Made by a program: the position numbers and the translations under genes. This document shows positions 9,637 to 18,730 of a stretch of DNA of 64,000 nucleotides, one piece after another. Origin of the DNA: a virus (Duplodnaviria > Caudoviricetes); IMG/VR virus record IMGVR_UViG_3300042013_000103; one strand, 5' to 3'. Below the pieces are notes generated by a model. That model did no database searches. It was not told where the DNA came from and worked only from the letters and a program-made list of their open reading frames with translations. Positions within the stretch are counted from its first letter, which is position 1; each line of letters opens with the position of its first letter.

Positions 9637-12600
9637 TTAGGCCTGTGTGGTTACCGCGCCTTGCGACGCAATCCAGATTTCCCCGTCCCACAGGAGGGTG
9701 ACCACAGTCTTCACACCAGTCAAGGCCGGTGGGGCACCAGCGTTCCACCGGATAGTGTTCCCGGCGGCGTTGCTGTAGCTCACCACACCCACAGTCCCTT
9801 TGATCACCAGTGTGATCACCATGGCCCGAGTGGCTCCGGGGTTGTTGATGATGGAGATGTCTTTCGCCGCGGACCCACTGTTGTCCAACGTGACCACTTG
9901 TTGCGTGGCGGCATCGATAATCACGGTAGCGGAAACCGCACGGATCGGCAGGCTATAGTTGTCGAACGACACCCACGCCAAGTTCTTCCGGACGTATTGT
10001 TTACCGTCGTTCGGAGCATCCACGATCCCAGCGGCCGGGGCCACGTACTGCACCCAGGTGTGGTCGCCTTTACGCAGGTACAGGTTGGCATCGGTAGGAA
10101 CGTCCGTGAATTCCACCCAGGTCGTATTTTGCCCACTGCGCAAGAAGGTTTTCCCAGCGGTGGTGGGGGCTTCTGGTACGCCCGCGGCAGGGATGACAAT
10201 CTCGGTCCACTTAGGTGCACCTTCGCCGGTGACCCAGTTCCGTGCATAGAGTTTGTCCTTGATCGCGATGTCCACAATACCCGGGCTGGCTTCCACCCAC
10301 GTACCAATCGCTTGCCCCACGGTCCGTACGCGAACGTACTGTTTGCCGTCATCGAGGGGTTCGTCGATCTGAGTGGGGAAGTCAATCACCACCCATTCGG
10401 TTTCGGTGGTGCTACCGTCCTTGCGACGACGCACATAGAACACGTCGGCTACCGGTGCGGTCACTTCATCAACCGGAAGGGCGACCCATTCGTTACCCAA
10501 ACGGACAACCTTGCCCAGACCCACCAACGGCGAGTTCACATCACCGGCCACCAAACGACCGACCTGCACCCAACCCGTACCTTCGACTTTGTAGAACGTA
10601 TCGAAGGTCTCGTTGACTGCCCAGTCGCCATCCACGCCGTACTGTGGCGTAGGTTCGTTCACGCCTTCCGGCAGCACCAACCACAGCGACCCACGTTCAC
10701 CTTTCTCACCGGTGTTACCTTTGAGACCGGTCAGGCCACGGATGCCTTGTTCACCTTGCGGACCCCGTACAGGACCTGCGTTGAACCACTCGGTGGCGCC
10801 GCCTACCGGGTTAACCCCGTAGAGGTACAGGTCACTGCCCACCAAATACCCCTCACCCGCGTTCCCGGTTGGGTGGGCGGCAATGAGCGCCGCTTCGGTC
10901 AGGTACGACCCCATAATGGTGATCGAAGTACCGGCAGCACCGGTTAAGCCAATCGGCCCTTCTTCACCCATCGGTCCGGTGATGTCCACACCCGGAGCGT
11001 ATACACCCGCTTCGGTCCGGACGTACATCAGTTTGGTGTCAGCGGTGAAATACGCGTCGCCGGTTTCCAAGGTCCCTGGGTTAGGCAATGCGGCCAGGTC
11101 GTCAACCGTGCCTTTGATGTTGATGCCATTGCCTTTTGGTCCGATGCCACCCACATCACCCGTTAACCCGGTGTCGCCTTTGAATTGACCGAGGTCAACC
11201 CAAGCCCCCGTGATCCACATGTACAGGTGCCCGGTGTCCAGCAGGGTGTACGCGTCCTGTTCGGCAGCCCCGACCGGGAGGGCGGCGAGGTTAGCAACCG
11301 CCCCTTTGATCTGAACGTTCGCCCCGTTGGTACCGTCCAGCGAAGCAACCCAAGCCGCCTCGGTCCCAACAAACCCGGCGTCCAACGCACTTTGATAAGC
11401 CGACTTACCGTCGGTGCCACGGAACGGACCTGCATCCACCCACGCATCGGTCACGTAAATGTAGAGATGACCGTTTTCCAATGCCACCCAAGCGTCTTGG
11501 TCCACACCCGGGAGGGCTTGGATTTCGGCGATGGTGGGTTTGGTGCCCTTGACCTGCAGGTTGGTGCCATCCGTACCGTTGGTCCCGTCGGTGCCATTGA
11601 GGGACAACAGCCATGCCGCTTCTGTGCCGACAAAACCACCCGCTACCGCGATTTGATAAGCGGAGTTCCCGTCGACGCCATCCGTACCGTTCAACGAATC
11701 CAACCACTGTTGCACAGTGCCCACGAACCCTTCGGTCACCGCGACTTGGTACGCCGATGGGCCGTTCAACGTGCCGATGTTCAAATAATCGGCCGTGTCG
11801 GTCAGCCAGACGTAAACACTCTGACCCACAATGTACGCATCGGTAGCCGTACCTGGACGGGGCAATGCGCCTTCATTGGCCACAGTGCCCACGATTTCGA
11901 AAGCCGGTACAGGATCGCCTTTATCGCCGGTATCACCCTTCGCGCCTTTCAGCGACAGGATCCACTGAGCTTCCGTGCCTACGAAACCGCCGTCGATGGC
12001 AATCTGGTAAGCGGACTTACCCGTGTCGCCGGTATCACCTCGGTCCCCCTGAATGGAGTCCAACCATTGTTGCTGGTTGCCCACGAACCCTGCATCGACC
12101 GCGATCTGGTAAGCAGACTTCCCTGGGAGCGACGCGATCCATTGCGCTTCGGTTCCGACGAACCCAGAATCGACAGCCGACTGGTACGCGGACTTACCGA
12201 CGGGACCCGGTACGCCGATGGACACCCATTCGCGCTCAGGAGCTTCTACCAAGGTCCACAGGTCATTGTTCCAGACGTAGGTATCACCCGCCACATAACC
12301 GACCCCCAGTGGCAACGGAACGCCGTTAGGCCACGTGCCCAAATAATTCAGGCCTTGGCCCGCTGGGCCAGTCAGGTCATTGGAAATCACCCAATCGGTG
12401 CCGTTGAAAATATTGAGGGTGGTGCCGACGATGTATGCATCGCCTTTAACAGCTTCGCCGTCCAAAACAATCTGGTCGTACTGTTCTTGTGAAACGGTGC
12501 CGATGACTGTGATGCCACTGCCTTGCAGGGATGCCAACCACTGAGCCTGAGTGCCGACGTAACCGCCGATGACCGCTAGGTCGTACGCAGACTTACCATC

Positions 12601-13671
12601 GTCGCCAGTCAGGCCGTCCTCGCCTTGCAGGGACGCTACCCACGCGGCTTCATCCCCTACGAAACCCAAATCCGTGGCGATCTGGTAAGCCGACTTGCCC
12701 ACCAATGTCGCCAACCACGCCGCTTCGCTCGGCAACGCTGGGTTCTCGAGTTTGGCCACGTCATACGCCGACAGACCCGGGAGACCGTCATCACCGTTGA
12801 GGCCATTATCACCCGTGAGTCCGGTGTCGCCTTTGAGGGAAGTGATCCACTGGGCTTCAGTGCCCACGAACCCCAACTCCACGGCCAGTTGATAGGCTGT
12901 TTTGCCTTCGAGCGACGTCAGCCATTGCTGCACCGTACCGCCGAAACCGGCATCGACTGCCACTTGGTAAGCCGTTTTACCTTTCAGGGTACCCAGCCAC
13001 TGGGCTTCAGTACCCACGTAGCCACCGTCCACTGCGGACTGATAAGCCGATTTGCCGTCTGGACCCACCAGGGTAAGCAACCATTCTCCAATGGTTCCAA
13101 CAAAGCCGTTTAACACAGCGTCGTCGTATGCGCTCAGACCAATCGGACCGATGTCCCCTTGATCGCCGTCTTCACCCTTATCACCCGTGGGGCCTTTTAA
13201 CGACGCCAACCATTGGGTGATGGTCCCTACATAACCCTCGGAAACTGCCAGTTCATAGGCGGTTTTGCCGATCAGCGAAGCAATCCACTGCGCTTCGGTC
13301 CCCACGTAGCCGCTCGACAGAGCAGACTCGTACGCCGATTTGCCGTTGTCGCCATCGTCACCTTTTACACCGACCAACGAAGCCAACCAGTCTGGCAGAG
13401 TACCGACAAAACCCAGTTCTTTAGCGAGGGTGTAAGCATCCTTGCCTGCCAAGCTGGTCAGCCATTGCTGAACGGTGCCGACGTAGCCGTTGTCAACAGC
13501 AACTTCGTACGCGGACTTACCCTCGTTATTGCGGATCTTAGAAACGAGCAGACGATAATTTTTAAAGGAACCGTCTTCCTCGCGTTTGATGACCTCAAGC
13601 ATCTCCTCACCGGTGATGGTGTTCAGTGGAGTCATATTAGAAATCATGCCTGGGTTTTCAGTATCTGCCAT
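9637..13671 (-). CDS. long collagen-like repeat tail fibre (1344 aa)
   Basis: 17 G(K/L/P/N)(S/T/D)AY..A...G(F/Y).GT...W..SL repeats, Gly-X-Y runs, 8 small beta nodes, 6 DAP.DGK.YVR-type repeats and a C-terminal LLWDGEIW domain. Confidence 0.85.
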   Translation of the reverse strand: MADTENPGMISNMTPLNTITGEEMLEVIKREEDGSFKNYRLLVSKIRNNEGKSAYEVAVDNGYVGTVQQWLTSLAGKDAYTLAKELGFVGTLPDWLASLVGVKGDDGDNGKSAYESALSSGYVGTEAQWIASLIGKTAYELAVSEGYVGTITQWLASLKGPTGDKGEDGDQGDIGPIGLSAYDDAVLNGFVGTIGEWLLTLVGPDGKSAYQSAVDGGYVGTEAQWLGTLKGKTAYQVAVDAGFGGTVQQWLTSLEGKTAYQLAVELGFVGTEAQWITSLKGDTGLTGDNGLNGDDGLPGLSAYDVAKLENPALPSEAAWLATLVGKSAYQIATDLGFVGDEAAWVASLQGEDGLTGDDGKSAYDLAVIGGYVGTQAQWLASLQGSGITVIGTVSQEQYDQIVLDGEAVKGDAYIVGTTLNIFNGTDWVISNDLTGPAGQGLNYLGTWPNGVPLPLGVGYVAGDTYVWNNDLWTLVEAPEREWVSIGVPGPVGKSAYQSAVDSGFVGTEAQWIASLPGKSAYQIAVDAGFVGNQQQWLDSIQGDRGDTGDTGKSAYQIAIDGGFVGTEAQWILSLKGAKGDTGDKGDPVPAFEIVGTVANEGALPRPGTATDAYIVGQSVYVWLTDTADYLNIGTLNGPSAYQVAVTEGFVGTVQQWLDSLNGTDGVDGNSAYQIAVAGGFVGTEAAWLLSLNGTDGTNGTDGTNLQVKGTKPTIAEIQALPGVDQDAWVALENGHLYIYVTDAWVDAGPFRGTDGKSAYQSALDAGFVGTEAAWVASLDGTNGANVQIKGAVANLAALPVGAAEQDAYTLLDTGHLYMWITGAWVDLGQFKGDTGLTGDVGGIGPKGNGINIKGTVDDLAALPNPGTLETGDAYFTADTKLMYVRTEAGVYAPGVDITGPMGEEGPIGLTGAAGTSITIMGSYLTEAALIAAHPTGNAGEGYLVGSDLYLYGVNPVGGATEWFNAGPVRGPQGEQGIRGLTGLKGNTGEKGERGSLWLVLPEGVNEPTPQYGVDGDWAVNETFDTFYKVEGTGWVQVGRLVAGDVNSPLVGLGKVVRLGNEWVALPVDEVTAPVADVFYVRRRKDGSTTETEWVVIDFPTQIDEPLDDGKQYVRVRTVGQAIGTWVEASPGIVDIAIKDKLYARNWVTGEGAPKWTEIVIPAAGVPEAPTTAGKTFLRSGQNTTWVEFTDVPTDANLYLRKGDHTWVQYVAPAAGIVDAPNDGKQYVRKNLAWVSFDNYSLPIRAVSATVIIDAATQQVVTLDNSGSAAKDISIINNPGATRAMVITLVIKGTVGVVSYSNAAGNTIRWNAGAPPALTGVKTVVTLLWDGEIWIASQGAVTTQA
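11335..13525 (-). repeat. in-frame ~25-aa SAY...GFVGT...WL repeats (17 copies) interleaved with Gly-X-Y tracts
   Basis: Counted by eye in the translation. Confidence 0.85.
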
Positions 13672-13764
13672 GTCTACGTTCCTTTAATGAAGAGAGTATT
13701 CGTCTATGGGACATTACGTCTCATCGAAATAAGACTCATAAATAAGGGCAGAACCCAAGCGGGA

Positions 13765-13800
13765 CGGCATAAAAGGCCCCTCCCCGAAGGGAAGAGCCCA
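13765..13800 (-). terminator. hairpin terminator of the CATAAA family
   Basis: Minus strand GGGCTCTTCCC-TTCG-GGGAGGGGCC-TTTTATGCCG. Confidence 0.7.
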
Positions 13801-13806
13801 GGTGAA

Positions 13807-14661
13807 TCACGGTGCGATGGTGCTCGCGGCGATGGTCCATGTACCATTACCTGCACGCACGGCACCCAGCTTCTCGGTCAAGAAGTCATGGAGTTGTTTT
13901 GCCGTCACGTACTTGGCGTCGTCAATGCCGAGGTCGATGTCGCCATCCACCCCCTTGACCACAGTGGAATCCGCGTTGACGTGCACATACGCTCCAGCCA
14001 CTTTCAGGTAGAGGCCTTCGGTGTCCAGGGTGTAGTAGAACGTATCCGCCAATGCGTCACCCACCACGGGCAATGCCGCAAAGTTTGCCACTTCAATGGT
14101 GACCTTACGAGCAGCGATCAGAGCGTCCACCGCGGCTTCGTCCAGACCGCTGACCAGTTTACCGCCGGCAGTCACGCCGTCGTGAATGTAAACCAGTTTC
14201 AACAGTTCGTCGTAGGAGAAACTTCCGACCGGGCCGACGTAGGTGGCGCTTTCAGCAGTGTCCAGTTGAACGACCGAGCGGTCCACGACTTTCCAAGAGC
14301 CGATACCTTCCACATCCGCAGTGAAGACCTTACCTGCGTTCGCGACGTCAGCTACGTACAGCCCGCGGAACAGTTCGGTCCATTGGGCTTCGGTGCCGAT
14401 AAACAGACCGGAATCCACGGCCAATTGGAAAGCCGACTTACCGGGCAAGGTGGCCACCCATTCCGCTTCCGTGCCCACGAACCCAGTGGCTACAGCCGAG
14501 TCATACGCAGAGGCCCCGGTGCGCAGCTTGTTGGAAAGAATCCGGTAGTTCTTGAACGTGCCATCGGCGGTGCGTTTCACCACCTCGACGTATTCGTCAC
14601 CGGCCAGCGATTGCAGCAGAGAAAACCCCGACAACATGTTCGGGTTGGTTAAGCTGGGCAT
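13807..14661 (-). CDS. short fibre/adaptor protein with the class-C N-terminus and an Mtd_N-like motif
   Basis: N-terminus is homologous to the 1344- and 1177-aa proteins. Has 2 SAY repeats, YVGPVGSFSYDELLKLVYIHDGVTAGG (Mtd N-terminal-like) and one beta node; no enzyme domain. Confidence 0.75.
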   Translation of the reverse strand: MPSLTNPNMLSGFSLLQSLAGDEYVEVVKRTADGTFKNYRILSNKLRTGASAYDSAVATGFVGTEAEWVATLPGKSAFQLAVDSGLFIGTEAQWTELFRGLYVADVANAGKVFTADVEGIGSWKVVDRSVVQLDTAESATYVGPVGSFSYDELLKLVYIHDGVTAGGKLVSGLDEAAVDALIAARKVTIEVANFAALPVVGDALADTFYYTLDTEGLYLKVAGAYVHVNADSTVVKGVDGDIDLGIDDAKYVTAKQLHDFLTEKLGAVRAGNGTWTIAASTIAP

Positions 14662-14706
14662 AAATCTATCCTTCTAGGTTTCAGTGAAATGTACTGCGGG
14701 TCAACG

Positions 14707-16536
14707 TCACACGGCTGGTGAAACGTGACTCTGTCTCAGGTAGGCCCAGTCGGTGCCGATCACACCTCCGGACCCGGTGGTTAACCGCTTGTGCCCGGTG
14801 AGCAGCATGGAGTTGGCGTCGAGGACCCCGTCCGTGCGTTCCACCAAGTCCCCTTGGGTAAAGGAACCGGCGTTGCCTGGCAGCGCATCCGACACCAGCT
14901 TGATCCGGCTACCGACGAAACGAATGAAACTGCCCATGCTGTTGATGGTGTTCATGGGACCGGCCGCGCGCGTTAGCCACAACACACCATTGACCGCATT
15001 GCCGTTGTCAAACATGAACGTGCTGCCCAGCGAATGGATGTCCACGTAGTGCGTGTACGTCCCGGCGACCGTGCCACGGTAGAGGCGAATGATCCCGTTG
15101 CGAGGAGACGTTGCAAACCCCACGTTGAGTACGTTCATCTTGTCCGCTTCGGCGACCAAGCTGGTTTCGGCGTTGACTGGGTTACGGCCCAAGGCACGTC
15201 CTGCGTCGTACAGCACCTGCACGTTGTAGTAGTAAGTGCCCACCGCCACTTTCCATTGGTTCACCCCAGTGCCGCGTACGCCCACTGCTTCCACTCGTGC
15301 CGAGGCAATGCCTTGGAACGTCGCATCGGCCATCCGTACACCGTGATCCAACGAGACAATGTTTGGAATGTCCACCACGCTTTTACGCGAGGTCAGGTAG
15401 GAGTAATTGTTGAAGCTCGGTACGGGGGTGATACCGTCCGCTTGGCAGATACGAATACCCGCCTGTTGATCACGCTGGAAGTCACCACGCACGGTCCACT
15501 GCTGCACTGCGTTGTCCACGATCAAGGACACCGAGTCCCCTTGCTGCACATGGAACCCCGACCAGTCCATGAGGTCTTCCACGTTCCGGAACCGGGTGTT
15601 CTGGAGCTTGACGGTAAACCGGGATTCGTTTGACGCCGAGGCAAAGGTCCCTTGGGTGATGATCGGGATGCGAGTGTCCGGCAAAAACTGACTGTCCACG
15701 GTTACGTCGGACGAATCGTAAATGTGCTGGGCGCGTTCGAAGTGCCCACCCACCAAGTTAATGTTGCCACACAGCTCGATCAAGTAATCACCGCCGATGC
15801 AACCTTCCACCGTCCCACCTTGGACGCCCCGCAACCGCATGGCTTTCATCGATTGCGCAGTGGCCACGGTGTACGGGCAGTGGATGTTCTTGGCGATGAA
15901 ACCGTCACCCAGCCCTAGGATGTCGAACTGGTAGGACAAGTTTCCCTGGGGGTTCTCGGCGATGATGTCACTCAGGTGGAAACTGTCCGTGTAGAAACCA
16001 GTCGGCCGCATGATGCTCTGGGTCAGGCCGTTGAACTTCAACTGTTCGAACTTCCCGGAACCGAAGCACTTGATTCCCTTGGCCGGGTTGACGCCATTGG
16101 GGTTGGTGAAGTTGCAGCGACTGAACCCACCGGTGTTCATGTTCGGGTAGGGGGTGGTCCAGGTGATCCCGTCCGCAGTGTTGATCATGAACATGCAACC
16201 ATCCACAAACGTACCGGTGTCCAGATGGAAGAACGACACATTGCGGGATTCACAGTCCACCCAGAAACCCGCAGGCAGGAAAACCGTGGACTCTACACCG
16301 TAGTTACCAGCGGGCACAAAGACCCCACGTTTTCCAGCGGCCACTGCCCGCGCAAAGGCCGGTTGCCAATTCTCCCCATCTGCAGGGCGCCAGAAGTCCA
16401 CCAAGCTGGGAGATTCATCCAGGCGATCCGCGATGGAACGGTTACCGTAGTTAATTTCACGTGCACCCTCCGGACCTAACAAGGCCAAGAGGTTGGGCAC
16501 ATACTTTGCCAACTTTGCTAATACGCCGAGAGCCAT
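14707..16536 (-). CDS. tailspike/depolymerase, predicted pectin-lyase-like beta-helix (class-B N-terminus)
   Basis: Start MALGVLAKLAK at 16536. The junction motif RSIADRLDESPSLVDFW...NWQPAFARAVAAG..GVFVPAG.Y precedes N/G/F/I-rich beta-helix coils. Confidence 0.8.
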   Translation of the reverse strand: MALGVLAKLAKYVPNLLALLGPEGAREINYGNRSIADRLDESPSLVDFWRPADGENWQPAFARAVAAGKRGVFVPAGNYGVESTVFLPAGFWVDCESRNVSFFHLDTGTFVDGCMFMINTADGITWTTPYPNMNTGGFSRCNFTNPNGVNPAKGIKCFGSGKFEQLKFNGLTQSIMRPTGFYTDSFHLSDIIAENPQGNLSYQFDILGLGDGFIAKNIHCPYTVATAQSMKAMRLRGVQGGTVEGCIGGDYLIELCGNINLVGGHFERAQHIYDSSDVTVDSQFLPDTRIPIITQGTFASASNESRFTVKLQNTRFRNVEDLMDWSGFHVQQGDSVSLIVDNAVQQWTVRGDFQRDQQAGIRICQADGITPVPSFNNYSYLTSRKSVVDIPNIVSLDHGVRMADATFQGIASARVEAVGVRGTGVNQWKVAVGTYYYNVQVLYDAGRALGRNPVNAETSLVAEADKMNVLNVGFATSPRNGIIRLYRGTVAGTYTHYVDIHSLGSTFMFDNGNAVNGVLWLTRAAGPMNTINSMGSFIRFVGSRIKLVSDALPGNAGSFTQGDLVERTDGVLDANSMLLTGHKRLTTGSGGVIGTDWAYLRQSHVSPAV

Positions 16537-16549
16537 ATATCCACCTTGT

Positions 16550-18295
16550 CTATGTTTGTGTACCCACAATGGTACCGTCTGTATCGCTGGTTGGAGCGCC
16601 ACTCTTTATACGTAGTCGTCCAAGAGCATCCACCCAGAGATAGTAGCCCCCTAATTTCAGAGGCTCAGGCCCATTGTAGGACGATGTAAAAGCCACAGCA
16701 CCAGTCAGGCATCTGATACCAACCCAATCCGTCCCAGCCACGTGGGTACTGCCTGTAGTCAAGCGACGCCAGCCTAGGGTAGTATACGGCGTACCATTGT
16801 TGACCAGTGCAGGTGATTCATTCAGCACCATATCGCCTTGAGTATAACTCCCCGTATTTGGGAACGTACTACCCCAACCAACATGACGGGTGGACAACAT
16901 CACACGTAACCATTGTGCTTGTGGTGATAACCAGACCTGGTCGAACTGACCATCTGTATTGCCTAAGTTCAGTTCTTTACGGAACAGTAAGTTCTTCCCG
17001 TAATAACCTGGTTTATTAGCATAGACCGATGACCAGGCACCTTCGCCGACTTCGTGAATACCCGGATCGATAGCTGAGAAACTATCACGCGTGTATGGAT
17101 CATCAATCAGTGTAGTATAGACATTGTTATTGGCAATACGTCCAGATGACTGATTGCTTGAAATGCCCGTAACTTTAAAACCAATACTGTTATCGATGGT
17201 GTAGTAACCTGATTCAGATACATTGTTCAAACCGATATCAAAACCTTTTACTTGGTCGATTGCCCCATGAATCTGGGCATCTTTCATGTCGTTATTCTTG
17301 ATCTCAAGACCAGTGATTAATGCAACGTTAATATGTGTTGAACCTATGAAAGTGCCGTCAGGTTGCTTACCTGCGCTTTCGAAGTGGCAATTCTGTACCG
17401 CCAAGTTACGCATGTTGCTAGACACGTTAGACAATGAACCTAGGGTATTACTGCCAAAACTTACATGCTCGAACTGTACATTGTCACAGATGTTCCCATC
17501 GTGCAACAACACAGCACCTTTACCAGCCATCCGTTGAATCAAACCATTATGTACTTTCAAATTGGAGCTATTCCACTCATCGCCGGCCCCAGAATTTTTC
17601 GAACCATATACCAAGCCATACTGACCTTGTGGTAAGGTAGCGCCCCCCGAGATATTGAACTTCTCAAGGTCTACGTTAAAGTAGTTGCGGATCTCGATGA
17701 TACGAGATGCAGGGTTAGCAAATGAGTCACAGGAAATACCGTACAGCTGCACTCGGTTAACTCGGTCCAAATGAATGCCACCAATTGGAACAGCGCTGTT
17801 CTGTGCGGTTACTCGGAAATTACTTAACTCAAACTGGGTAATGGGCGTATTGTCTTCAGTGCCCAATCCCAGCACGCTGAGGAAATGGCCCGTACCTGTA
17901 TAGATGATGCGATTCCGGCGAGTATGATTACCAACGATGCTAACACCACGTTGGTCAGTGATCATTGTGTAATCGATGAATAATGGACCTGCGAAGGCTA
18001 CATTGTGGAACTCCCATGGGAGCTCGATGATAAAGCCATTTGCTGCAGCGGCGATCAATGCCTTTTGGAATTTATCTGTATTGATAATACCATTATTGGC
18101 TGAACTCACTCCAAAGCGTTTGATAGATACTCGTTCATCGAGAACTGTAGCAACATCGCCACCTTCTAGTCCTGTACCCGGATAGCTCGGAAAATACCCT
18201 AGGGTAGCTGCACCTTTCGTAGTATCAGTCTTATCCCCTAAGCCGAGTAACATTGGTACGTGCTTTGCCAACTTAGTTAAAACACCGATTGACAT
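16550..18295 (-). CDS. tailspike/depolymerase, predicted beta-helix (class-B N-terminus), AT-rich
   Basis: VATVLDERVSIKRFG...NTDKFQKAL junction, beta-helix coils, and the common tailspike C-terminus GGYYLWVDALGRLRIKSGAPTSDTDG. Confidence 0.8.
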   Translation of the reverse strand: MSIGVLTKLAKHVPMLLGLGDKTDTTKGAATLGYFPSYPGTGLEGGDVATVLDERVSIKRFGVSSANNGIINTDKFQKALIAAAANGFIIELPWEFHNVAFAGPLFIDYTMITDQRGVSIVGNHTRRNRIIYTGTGHFLSVLGLGTEDNTPITQFELSNFRVTAQNSAVPIGGIHLDRVNRVQLYGISCDSFANPASRIIEIRNYFNVDLEKFNISGGATLPQGQYGLVYGSKNSGAGDEWNSSNLKVHNGLIQRMAGKGAVLLHDGNICDNVQFEHVSFGSNTLGSLSNVSSNMRNLAVQNCHFESAGKQPDGTFIGSTHINVALITGLEIKNNDMKDAQIHGAIDQVKGFDIGLNNVSESGYYTIDNSIGFKVTGISSNQSSGRIANNNVYTTLIDDPYTRDSFSAIDPGIHEVGEGAWSSVYANKPGYYGKNLLFRKELNLGNTDGQFDQVWLSPQAQWLRVMLSTRHVGWGSTFPNTGSYTQGDMVLNESPALVNNGTPYTTLGWRRLTTGSTHVAGTDWVGIRCLTGAVAFTSSYNGPEPLKLGGYYLWVDALGRLRIKSGAPTSDTDGTIVGTQT

Positions 18296-18296
18296 A

Positions 18297-18368
18297 GGTT
18301 CACCTCAAAATTTATCAGGGGGTTAGGGGAGGAACCTAGCCTCCCTTCCAGTTACACAACGGGCCCGA
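18297..18368 (-). repeat. imperfect ~70-bp direct repeat, copy 2 (relic gene end + hairpin + RBS)
   Basis: CGGGCCCGTTGTGTAACTGGAAGGGAGGCTAGGTTCCTCCCCTAACCCCCTGATAAATTTTGAGGT matches the copy at 18665-18730. Confidence 0.85.
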
Positions 18369-18391
18369 AACCCCTTAATGTGCGCTAGCCC

Positions 18392-18664
18392 TCATGGCTT
18401 AGGGTACCTGTCCTTGACAGACTGAACCAAAAGCCGCATGTCGTCCGCTTCGGTACCGCCTTTCCACAACGCATCCAGTTGATCCCGGATCGGAGGATAC
18501 GCGGCATAGCGCAACGCTTCGTAATCCGACGCCAGCACCACCGAACCTTTAACAGTAGTGGCCACTTCCACGTCCGCCTCCACCGCGCCTTCTGGCAGTC
18601 TCTCGGTGACCTCCCAATCCCCCACGCACAGCAGTTTCCCGTCCAGCAAATATACCTTAGCCAT
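18392..18664 (-). CDS. small tail fibre/spike assembly chaperone
   Basis: YEALRYAAYPPIRDQLDALWK...VKDRYPKP pattern typical of small fibre chaperones. Confidence 0.7.
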   Translation of the reverse strand: MAKVYLLDGKLLCVGDWEVTERLPEGAVEADVEVATTVKGSVVLASDYEALRYAAYPPIRDQLDALWKGGTEADDMRLLVQSVKDRYPKP

Positions 18665-18730
18665 AACTACCTCAAAATTTATCAGGGTTAGGGGAGATCT
18701 AGCCTCCCCCTCAGGTTACACAATGACCCG
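18665..18730 (-). repeat. imperfect ~70-bp direct repeat, copy 1
   Basis: CGGGTCATTGTGTAACCTGAGGGGGAGGCTAGATCTCCCCTAACCCTGATAAATTTTGAGGT, which includes the last codons of the upstream spike gene. Confidence 0.85.

Noticed and set aside
11335-13525. Regularly spaced DNA repeats that could look like a CRISPR array
   Set aside because: They are degenerate, in-frame and vary at third codon positions, so they encode the SAY protein repeats. No cas genes are present.
13807-14661. Possible diversity-generating retroelement, prompted by the Mtd_N-like motif
   Set aside because: No reverse transcriptase and no TR/VR pair differing only at adenines was seen in this window.
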